From Pseudomonadales bacterium (GTDB taxonomy: Bacteria; Pseudomonadota; Gammaproteobacteria; Pseudomonadales; Ketobacteraceae): a DNA stretch of 64,000 bases. The translations under genes were made by a program, and so were the position numbers. The notes under the pieces are model-generated. The model ran no database searches. It was not told the origin of the DNA and saw only the letters and a list, made by a program, of their open reading frames with translations. Shown piece after piece: positions 1 through 7,300 of the stretch. Location of the stretch: NCBI GenBank assembly GCA_022361455.1, contig JAKSAW010000593.1:1260-65259 (forward strand). Direction: 5' to 3'. Each line of letters opens with the position of its first letter. The stretch's first letter is position 1.

Positions 1-425
1 GCTTCGCCATGTTCCAATTTATATAAGCGAGTATCCTCAACATATTCAATTTTTAAATCTGGATAGCGTTGCTGAAACTCCGCAAGAATTTTGATTAATT
101 GCTGACTGAAAGAAGAGACACTGGTAACAATCAAAGTACCATGGATTTGTTGATCTAGCCCCTGAAGCTGACCAAATAACCTCTCAAAATCATTTTCAGT
201 TTGCTCTGCCACCTTGAGCAACATTAGTCCGGCTTCTGTCGGTGTATATCCCCGCGGAGATCGTTGGAACAGCCGCGCATTCAATCGTTTTTCAAGCCCT
301 TCAATTCGCCTCAGAACCGTTGAGTGGTGCACGTCTAAAAACAAGGCAGCTGCTGACAGCGTGCCTAGTCTCGCGACTTGGTAAGCGTAATGAACATCAG
401 TCCAATCATTGAGTTGTGCATTCAT
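1..425 (-). CDS. LysR-family transcriptional regulator, N-terminal part only (gene runs off the left edge)
   Basis: I translated the reverse strand from the ATG at about 425 (an alternative in-frame ATG lies at about 431). It reads MNAQLNDWTDVHYAYQVARLGTLSAAALFLDVHHSTVLRRIEGLEKRLNARLFQRSPRGYTPTEAG..., a canonical LysR winged-HTH. It is absent from the ORF track because it is truncated. It is divergent from the 531 operon. Confidence 0.8.
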   Translation of the reverse strand, partial: MNAQLNDWTDVHYAYQVARLGTLSAAALFLDVHHSTVLRRIEGLEKRLNARLFQRSPRGYTPTEAGLMLLKVAEQTENDFERLFGQLQGLDQQIHGTLIVTSVSSFSQQLIKILAEFQQRYPDLKIEYVEDTRLYKLEHGE

Positions 426-530
426 GCACATAAGCATTGCATTAATTGTATTTTTGTTCAAATAAAAACAAGTCAAACTAGCCCCATCAAATCGAATGGC
501 AACAAGTTCAACTCAGATAGCTAGGAATGA

Positions 531-1124
531 ATGATGAAAAATACTCAATTAGATCAGAGCATTACGAACCAAAACATCGTTGTCTTCTCTGGTAGTCTAA
601 AGAAGGCGTCTTGGAATCAGAAACTCGTGCAGATCGCTGGTGAAATGGCCGCGTCTTTAGGGGCAAATGTCACAGAGATTTCCCTCAGGGATTACCCCCT
701 GCCCCTATTCAATGAAGAAATTGAACACGAAGATCATGCTGGTTTAAGTGACTTGAGAGCAGTGTTCTCTCGTGCTGACGGCATGATTATCGCGAGTCCC
801 GAGTATAACGGATCAATTACCCCTGCTTTAAAGAACGCAATTGACTGGATTTCTCGGCCAAGCTCAGAGCAAAATTACACTCCGAACTACGCACAGCAGA
901 AGGCGGCTATCATTGCCACCTCACCTGGGGGCTTAGGTGGTTTAAGAGGGTTAACCCATCTACGTGAAATACTGTCAAACTTGGGAACTCATGTCATACC
1001 AGCTCAATTAGCCGTACCAACCGCATACGAAGCCTTTAATGAATCAGGCGACTTAAGCAACGCGGCCACCAAAGACCGCTTACAAGCTATCGTTGAGCAG
1101 TTTTTGAAGCTATCCCTGAATTAG
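531..1124 (+). CDS. NAD(P)H-dependent FMN reductase family oxidoreductase
   Basis: 197 aa. The N-terminus IVVFSGSLKKASWN and the motif ASPEYNGSITPALKNAIDW are typical of the flavodoxin-like NADPH-dependent FMN reductase family. AGGAA lies just upstream of the tandem ATGs. Confidence 0.8.
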   Translation: MMKNTQLDQSITNQNIVVFSGSLKKASWNQKLVQIAGEMAASLGANVTEISLRDYPLPLFNEEIEHEDHAGLSDLRAVFSRADGMIIASPEYNGSITPALKNAIDWISRPSSEQNYTPNYAQQKAAIIATSPGGLGGLRGLTHLREILSNLGTHVIPAQLAVPTAYEAFNESGDLSNAATKDRLQAIVEQFLKLSLN

Positions 1125-1197
1125 GTAGTATCGAAGTGTGGAGAAAGCAGAGAATAATTAAGACCAAGCCGATAGGAACGTTGAGGAGAACTGATCA

Positions 1198-1734
1198 ATG
1201 GAAGCAAAATACCCACTACTTATGCGCATACTTCATTGGGTGATTGGGTTAATGATTATCAGCCTTCTGGCCGTAGGATTTTTTATGGCTGACATACCAG
1301 ATGATGCACCTAATAAATATGATTTGTATCCGTTGCACAAAGCATTTGGATTTATAGTGCTAATACTCGTACTAGGAAGGATTTTAGTCAGAGTAATAAG
1401 CAAAGTACCAGCTTTACCGCAAAGCCTAGCAGCTTGGGAAGTTAAGCTTTCCCACATTGTTCACATTTTGCTCTACATCGCTATGATCACTATGACTTGG
1501 TCTGGCTACTTGATGAGTTCTTTTTTTCCCCACTCCCAAGGCCTGGATCTGTTTGGAATCGTAACAATGCCTGATCTAGTGGAGAAAAGTGAGGAATGGA
1601 GTGGTTTCTTTCATGAAATCCATGGCTACTGTGCTTGGTTTTTTGTAGCACTGCTTGTTTTTCATATAGCGGGCGTTATCAAGCACCGTTTCTTTGATGC
1701 AAAAGAAAGCGATGTGTTGAAACGAATGATGTGA
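1198..1734 (+). CDS. cytochrome b561 family protein (CybB-like)
   Basis: 178 aa with four predicted TM helices. Conserved His positions are present (ILHWVIG, HKAFG, HIVHILLY, FHIAGVIKH). GAGGAG lies 8 nt upstream of the ATG. Probably co-transcribed with 531..1124. Confidence 0.8.
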   Translation: MEAKYPLLMRILHWVIGLMIISLLAVGFFMADIPDDAPNKYDLYPLHKAFGFIVLILVLGRILVRVISKVPALPQSLAAWEVKLSHIVHILLYIAMITMTWSGYLMSSFFPHSQGLDLFGIVTMPDLVEKSEEWSGFFHEIHGYCAWFFVALLVFHIAGVIKHRFFDAKESDVLKRMM

Positions 1735-1770
1735 TCTGCTGTTGTGAAGAATGCTTTTCTAAAAAACATG

Positions 1771-1807
1771 AAAAAAGGGCAAGACCTAGCGATCTTGCCC
1801 TTTTTTT
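1771..1807. terminator. bidirectional rho-independent terminator between convergent cytochrome b561 and csp genes
   Basis: AAAAAA-GGGCAAGA-cctagcga-TCTTGCCC-TTTTTTT. An 8-bp GC-rich stem is flanked by an A-run and a T-run, so it can work on either strand. Confidence 0.7.
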
Positions 1808-1842
1808 GAGCAATTAAGCAACGTTCAATACGAACGAAACGC

Positions 1843-2052
1843 TTATAGAGCTACGATATTCTCTGCTTGAGGACCTTTTTGACCTGCAGTCACAGTGAAC
1901 TCAACCTTCTGGCCTTCGCTCAATGTTTTGAAACCAGAACCAGAAATTGCACTGAAGTGTGCAAATACATCTGGGCCAGATTCTTGTTCGATAAAACCGA
2001 AACCTTTTGCTTCATTAAACCATTTAACGGTGCCAGTAACTCTTTCAGACAT
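1843..2052 (-). CDS. cold-shock protein, CspA family
   Basis: 69 aa. [15 protein letters not shown] (RNP-1) and DVFAHFS (RNP-2) motifs are present. About 150 nt of non-coding sequence lies upstream, consistent with the long 5' UTR usual for csp genes. Confidence 0.95.
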   Translation of the reverse strand: MSERVTGTVKWFNEAKGFGFIEQESGPDVFAHFSAISGSGFKTLSEGQKVEFTVTAGQKGPQAENIVAL

Positions 2053-2306
2053 GTTTGTATCCCATTGTTTTTACAGTAATTGTGGCTTCGCTCTTGGGAG
2101 AGTTTCCGCCGGTTCGCCAGAAATTAAGCAGTTACTATCTAAACTACAGGACGAGGTATTACAGAGAAAACTTCGAATTAGCTAGCATCAATATGTAACG
2201 TTCTTTCAAGCAATTTGGATAGTAACCCAAATTCTAGAGATGTCAATTTATAGATGGGGTTAGATGTTAAGCCCATGATAATTCGGTTAATTTTAGTGCC
2301 AATTGT

Positions 2307-2342
2307 CTGGCTTGTTGGTCAATATTTTAACCAACAAGCCAG
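2307..2342 (-). terminator. 12-bp perfect hairpin downstream of the 765-aa lipoprotein gene (possible terminator)
   Basis: CTGGCTTGTTGG-tcaatatttta-CCAACAAGCCAG. It lies 36 nt past the stop at 2378. No clean U-run follows on the minus strand, so confidence is moderate to low. Confidence 0.4.
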
Positions 2343-2377
2343 TTCACAACCGATTTTTGAGTTAAGGGTAAGCAGCC

Positions 2378-4675
2378 TTACAAAGCATTCAGACTGGCAC
2401 TAATACCAAAATGCTGGCGACCCGCACCAATGGTTCGAATATCTTCAGGGACGATACCTAAACCTACGCCATCTGCTGTGAGTTGAATTTCCTCTGGGAG
2501 GATAAAAATTCTCAATAATGAGTTTATTTGTTCCACGATCACTGCTTCAAAGCTGCTGAAAAGTAAGCCTGTCGTCGGGAATTTAATACGCCCCTCGCGG
2601 TTATTACCAATCTCATAGAACAGATCAAATTCAGGACTTAGCAGTGCGAGCTGTAAACCTTCTTCCCCATCATTACTCAAACGTACAGCCAGCTCACTAT
2701 TAAGTTCGTATACAGCGGTTTCTTGCCACTCACCGTTTACGAGATCTTGGAAAACTACCTCGAAGTGATCGAGCGTTAGATAAGCAACCGAAAATAGGTT
2801 ACCTCTAAAGGAAAGCTCTGGAGCAACTTGAGGGCGAAACAGAATGCGTTCGTTTGCGGTTTCTGGATCGGTGATCAAGTACGCTCCCGTATTTTCACGA
2901 TCGTCATTGATCGGAATGGCTGGCGACAATACACCACCTTCGTAAAACGCTAGTAACGCCTGGTTGATTAGATTACTGGATACGGAAATCCCAACTTCAG
3001 AAGTTTCAGTACGAAACTGCTCAGGATCAGGCACGTTAACTGGCGTGTATTTGAAACCAAGCATTGTTGGCACTAACCCAGGTGCCTGCCCTAACCCCTC
3101 TGGAATTCCTAACAGATCAGGTAATAAGTGATCATCTAAATTGAGGATGTCAGGAAAGCCAAGATCGAGGCCAATGTCTATAGGGCCACCATCACCTGTC
3201 GCCGTCTCGGCTCCTACCCGGCCATTCAAGGTAATTCTCAATAGATTGTTGTTGGTAACACCAATGTTTTGAACTCCCATAAATGTAGTAAGAAAGGCAC
3301 CATTATTAAGTGTGGCTCCCAGCCTTACTTGAAGTTCGTTCACTAGAGGATCGAGTATCAAGTTAACAATTAAAGGCACTAACTTATCTAAGAAGAGATC
3401 AACAATGATATCTCTAGCGGTGGAGATACCTGTTTCAATAATATCGATTACTAAGCCACCTAAACCGAAGCCAAAATTTCTAATCGCATCAGGGACGTTA
3501 AAATTCAGAGTAAAGTCGCTATCAAATGAACCTAATCCTACTGCGTTGATCGAAACAACTGATAAATTCACATCGCCATTAACAGCCGTTAAACCGATAT
3601 CAGACGCTAAGCGTAACCTGGGGGCACCAACATTGGCATTAAATTCGCCGGCAAGAAAAGCCAACTCATCTTCCAAACCAATGGCTTCAAGAATGTCACG
3701 AACAATGCCGCTTAGACCTAACACATCGGTTTCAATTTTAACCCCCAAAGCAACATTACGAACGGTGGAATCTAAACTAAAACCTTCCCAGCCACCACCG
3801 GAGTTTAAATCTAACTGATCAATTTCTAATTCTTGGAAAGTCAGCGTAGTAAGAGAACCTTTAACACTGATGATATTTACGTTCACTGGCCCAATGGCAA
3901 CCTCCGGGGTACAACCTAGTACAGGGACACAGACTTCAGGGATGATAACGACTTTTGGTAAACTAATTCTTGCCGCTTCATCAAAAAGCGTATTAGCGCC
4001 AGCAGTTCCTAGCAAAGCAGCGATATCTTGCTCTTCCACTAACTCTTGAGCGAAAGGAATTAAATCGTCGATCGCGGATTGTTCCGCATTTAATTTTACG
4101 ATGTCATTAACAATCATTGCACGATTTGCGTAATGGTAAGTAGAACGCTGAGCATATTCATCTTCAGTCTGAATTTCGTATGTGAGAGCAGGTTCTACTG
4201 CAACGCTAAAAGTGCCATCGTTGTCGATGTTAGCGGGTATACCATTTATCGTTAAATCATAGGCACCAGATGGATCAATTAATTCGCCGGTAACAACAGG
4301 TGGTTTATCATTGGTAACATCCCTGACCACTATTCTGGGGCCTTCGTCATCGAAATAAAAATATCGACGTGGACCGAACTTACCCGGCTCAACTGAAAGA
4401 TTGTTTTTACCTTGAGTTAAATAGCCTTCTAGTAGCGCTCCAGATGCAGTAGCGACACCATCATCAAATTCAAAATGTTGTTCGACTCGTAGACCATTTA
4501 AAAGGATCTTAGTGGGCTGTTCTTGGTAGCGTATCAAGAACTCATTGGGAAGTTGACCAATAAACTCAGAGTTTTTAACAGGTAAAACAATTGAATAGTT
4601 TTCGTTAACACAGCTTGTTAAGAAAACCAGCAGAGACAGAACACTTAGTGAACGGAGTGTACGATTTGCGATCAT
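2378..4675 (-). CDS. large hypothetical lipoprotein, no recognisable family
   Basis: 765-aa uninterrupted ORF. The signal peptide has a lipobox (LVFLTS-C). Composition is beta-rich and Gly/Asn/Leu/Asp-rich with no catalytic motif I recognise. The antisense ORF 3405..3818 is rejected. Confidence 0.6.
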   Translation of the reverse strand: MIANRTLRSLSVLSLLVFLTSCVNENYSIVLPVKNSEFIGQLPNEFLIRYQEQPTKILLNGLRVEQHFEFDDGVATASGALLEGYLTQGKNNLSVEPGKFGPRRYFYFDDEGPRIVVRDVTNDKPPVVTGELIDPSGAYDLTINGIPANIDNDGTFSVAVEPALTYEIQTEDEYAQRSTYHYANRAMIVNDIVKLNAEQSAIDDLIPFAQELVEEQDIAALLGTAGANTLFDEAARISLPKVVIIPEVCVPVLGCTPEVAIGPVNVNIISVKGSLTTLTFQELEIDQLDLNSGGGWEGFSLDSTVRNVALGVKIETDVLGLSGIVRDILEAIGLEDELAFLAGEFNANVGAPRLRLASDIGLTAVNGDVNLSVVSINAVGLGSFDSDFTLNFNVPDAIRNFGFGLGGLVIDIIETGISTARDIIVDLFLDKLVPLIVNLILDPLVNELQVRLGATLNNGAFLTTFMGVQNIGVTNNNLLRITLNGRVGAETATGDGGPIDIGLDLGFPDILNLDDHLLPDLLGIPEGLGQAPGLVPTMLGFKYTPVNVPDPEQFRTETSEVGISVSSNLINQALLAFYEGGVLSPAIPINDDRENTGAYLITDPETANERILFRPQVAPELSFRGNLFSVAYLTLDHFEVVFQDLVNGEWQETAVYELNSELAVRLSNDGEEGLQLALLSPEFDLFYEIGNNREGRIKFPTTGLLFSSFEAVIVEQINSLLRIFILPEEIQLTADGVGLGIVPEDIRTIGAGRQHFGISASLNAL

Positions 4676-4831
4676 ATGAGGCCCCCTAATTATTTAATAA
4701 CGGCGCTAGCAGTGTAGCTGAACCCATTTAACTAGAAGGCCTTTTTACGGTAAAACGATTGATATAAATCTAACTACTGATCGATTATAAACCTTTTGAT
4801 CACTTTAACCTCACAATGCACACAATTCGTT

Positions 4832-6727
4832 CTATGCATATACCCCAATCTTATTTTGCTTCATCACCGTGGTGACTTCTTCAAGACTTGCAGGATCTTC
4901 AATAGTTGAAGGGATTGAATAAGTTTCGCCATCGGCAATAAGACGCATAGTTTTTCTTAATATTTTACCTGATCGTGTTTTAGGCAAACGCGCAACTATT
5001 GCGACCTGTCGCAGGTAAGCCACCGCACCGATTTTACCACGAACTAACTCAACTACTTCTTTTTGTAATTGTTCATCAGATACGTTTGCGTCATTTTTTA
5101 ACAATGCAAATGCGACCGGAACCTGGCCGCGAAGATCATCTTGAATTCCAATAACAGCGCATTCTGCTATGGCTTGATGAGAGCCAATAATTTCCTCCAT
5201 TTCACCAGTAGAGAAGCGATGCCCTGCCACATTAATAACGTCGTCTGTACGTCCCATGATAAAGACATAGCCATCTTCATCCTTATAACCACCATCACCA
5301 CTTAAAAAGTAGCCGGGAAAAGTTTTCAAATAAGCTTCTTCAAAGCGTGGGAAGTCATTCCATATGGTGGGAAAACAGCTCGGGGGCAGTGGTAACTTAA
5401 CCACTATCTCACCTGGCTCACCGCTGGGCTTTTCATCACCATTGTGATCAAAAATACGCACATCGAAACCTGTCACCGGTAAAGAAGAAGAGCCGGCTTT
5501 AGTTGGCAAGTTATCAAGTCCGCGCATATTCGCGACAATGGCCCAACCAGTTTCAGTCTGCCACCAGTGATCGATTACCGGTTTATTAAGTTTTTGCTCC
5601 ATCCATTCATAGGTTGGCGGGTCTAATCGCTCACCTGCCACATACAAATGCTTTAGCGAAGCCAAATCATATTGCTTGATCAGCTGTCCCTCTGGGTCTT
5701 CTTTCTTGATTGCTCTAAAAGCTGTCGGCGCTGCAAACAGAGTATTGATTTTATATTCATCTACCATGCGCCAAAACGCGCCTGCATCGGGTGTGCGAAC
5801 CGGCTTACCTTCAAATAAAACGGTGGTACAACCCGCAAGTAATGGACCGTAAACAATGTAGGAATGACCAACCACCCAACCGACATCAGATGCGGCCCAA
5901 TAAACATCACCAGGATTGCAATCATAGATAGCTTTCATGCTGTATTTAAGTGCTACTGCGTGTCCACCATTATCACGAACAATTCCCTTAGGTTTACCGG
6001 TAGTACCAGATGTGTAGAGAATATATAAAGGATCAAGAGCATTAACGGTGGCGCATGGCACTGGATTAGCATTTACGAATAGCTCCAACCAATCCTTATC
6101 CCTACCCTCTACCATTGAAGCCAAACACTGTGGCCTTTGATAGACAATACAATGTTCCGTTTCGTGGCCTGCAGATTGAATCGCTTTATCGACAATGGGC
6201 TTGTAAGGAATAATGTTTTCGACTTCTATACCGCAAGAGGCAGTGACTAACACTTTAGGTTTAGCATCATCGATGCGAACTTGTAGCTCATCAGCGGAAA
6301 AGCCACCAAAAACGACTGAGTGAATAGCCCCTAATCGTGCGCACGCAAGCATAGCAATCACTGCTTCCGGCACCATGGGCATATAGATCAATACAGTATC
6401 TGATTTGGAAACACCCAAGGATGCTAATGCCCCAGAAAATTGAGCAACGGCGTCGGTAAGTTCTTCGTAGGTATAAGTACGTTTGGAATCGGTAACAGGA
6501 GAATCGTAGATAAGCGCTAATCGATCACCCTCACCTTTTTCTACATGGTAATCCAGTGCCAGGTAGGCCGTGTTTAATTCACCATCGGCAAACCAACGAT
6601 CAACGCCATTCTCATCTTTGGATAAGATCTTAGTAGGCGGCTTAAACCATTTAATGTCATCAGCCCGATCTTGCCAGAATTGTTCTTGTTCATTTATTGA
6701 TCTGCGATATTCAGTCTCGTAACTCAT
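4832..6727 (-). CDS. prpE: propionate--CoA ligase / short-chain acyl-CoA synthetase (PrpE-like)
   Basis: AMP-binding signature YTSGTTGKPKG. The strings ACARLGAIHSVVFGGFS, ASDVGWVVGHSYIVYGPLLAG and C-terminal LPKTRSGKILRK...IEDPASLEE match what I recall of E. coli PrpE. I moved the start to Met25 of the track ORF (MSYETEY) because AAGGAGGGGGG sits directly upstream. No prpBCD genes are nearby, so the substrate is uncertain. Confidence 0.75.
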   Translation of the reverse strand: MSYETEYRRSINEQEQFWQDRADDIKWFKPPTKILSKDENGVDRWFADGELNTAYLALDYHVEKGEGDRLALIYDSPVTDSKRTYTYEELTDAVAQFSGALASLGVSKSDTVLIYMPMVPEAVIAMLACARLGAIHSVVFGGFSADELQVRIDDAKPKVLVTASCGIEVENIIPYKPIVDKAIQSAGHETEHCIVYQRPQCLASMVEGRDKDWLELFVNANPVPCATVNALDPLYILYTSGTTGKPKGIVRDNGGHAVALKYSMKAIYDCNPGDVYWAASDVGWVVGHSYIVYGPLLAGCTTVLFEGKPVRTPDAGAFWRMVDEYKINTLFAAPTAFRAIKKEDPEGQLIKQYDLASLKHLYVAGERLDPPTYEWMEQKLNKPVIDHWWQTETGWAIVANMRGLDNLPTKAGSSSLPVTGFDVRIFDHNGDEKPSGEPGEIVVKLPLPPSCFPTIWNDFPRFEEAYLKTFPGYFLSGDGGYKDEDGYVFIMGRTDDVINVAGHRFSTGEMEEIIGSHQAIAECAVIGIQDDLRGQVPVAFALLKNDANVSDEQLQKEVVELVRGKIGAVAYLRQVAIVARLPKTRSGKILRKTMRLIADGETYSIPSTIEDPASLEEVTTVMKQNKIGVYA

Positions 6728-6872
6728 GCCCCCCTCCTTGCATGTGGCTCTATGCCCCATTATTGGGCTTAAAAACTGCAAAAACAATGGTGAGATCATC
6801 GACTCGATGGATACAGTAAGTAAAGCTTACTTATCGATGACCTCATTCTCTTAAATATTTCCTATATGTAGA

Positions 6873-7109
6873 TTAATCCGCCATAAACTGTGCCGCCGCC
6901 ATTAAATGGGCCTTTTGCGCCGAGAACAAATCTTCAAGCATTTTGCCCTTACCCGCTTCTGTCTGAGCAACGTTTAAGGCAGTCTGCCAAGCATGGTCGG
7001 CGGATTGTAATTTATAAAGCGCGTTCACGAGGGCATCACTACCGGTCACAGAGACTGCAACTAAATCAGCTTGAAATTCCATTTCTCGACTCAAAGCCTG
7101 CTCAGCCAT
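6873..7109 (-). pseudogene. stand-alone fragment of an M48 (HtpX/Ste24-type) metallopeptidase lacking the HEXXH segment
   Basis: 78 aa. LSREMEFQADLVAVSVTGSDALVNALYKL matches the M48 third-zinc-ligand motif (SRxxExxAD....tG....l..AL.kL). No HEXXH is encoded in the 190 nt upstream in any frame. It has its own AAGGAA RBS, so a mini-protein is not excluded. Confidence 0.4.
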
Positions 7110-7207
7110 AACAACTCAATTCCTTTTGATGATGGTTTAGTAATCGCGGTTATAAGAGACCGATCCAAGTTAAGCTATGGCCAATTACAATTTGGATAAA
7201 TTGTAAC

Positions 7208-7246
7208 CGAAAAGAAAAACCCTCCCATATTGCTATGAGAGGGTTT
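7208..7246 (-). terminator. rho-independent terminator of the 995-aa surface-protein gene
   Basis: On the minus strand: AAACCCTC-tcatagcaatatgg-GAGGGTTT followed by TTCTTTTC. It starts 55 nt after the stop at 7301. Confidence 0.65.
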
Positions 7247-7300
7247 GAAGTGAGGAATGTTACCCTTTCAAGGGTTTAAGTTCCCGACCAGAATAGTCAG

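Noticed and set aside
1233-2185. ORFs 1233..1457 (-), 1867..2079 (+) and 1895..2185 (+)
   Set aside because: They are antisense to the cytochrome b561 and cspA-family genes, which have unmistakable motifs. No independent support.
2425-2445. GGTTCGAAT string resembling a tRNA T-arm
   Set aside because: It lies inside the 765-aa CDS and no acceptor, D or anticodon arms can be folded around it. I recognised no tRNA, rRNA or tmRNA elsewhere in the window.
3405-3818. 137-aa plus-strand ORF, and similar long antisense ORFs: 10562..10987, 12016..12249, 18472..18780, 24978..25361, 46133..46411, 50130..50441, 50893..51243, 52930..53283, 63568..63879
   Set aside because: Each lies entirely inside, and antisense to, a long ORF with clear family motifs. 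Their translations are low-complexity (Ser/Pro/Arg/Leu-rich), have no motifs and no RBS context. They are typical shadow ORFs.
6728-6799. 24-codon N-terminal extension of the PrpE-like ORF. Also the 9-codon extension of the AsnB-like ORF (14956..14982) and the TTG extensions at 17678..17713, 32756..32776 and 42691..42732
   Set aside because: A strong SD (AAGGAGG) precedes the internal Met of PrpE. AsnB-type enzymes require Met-Cys at the N-terminus. The others start at TTG, whereas the first ATG gives a canonical signal peptide or matches the paralog N-terminus.
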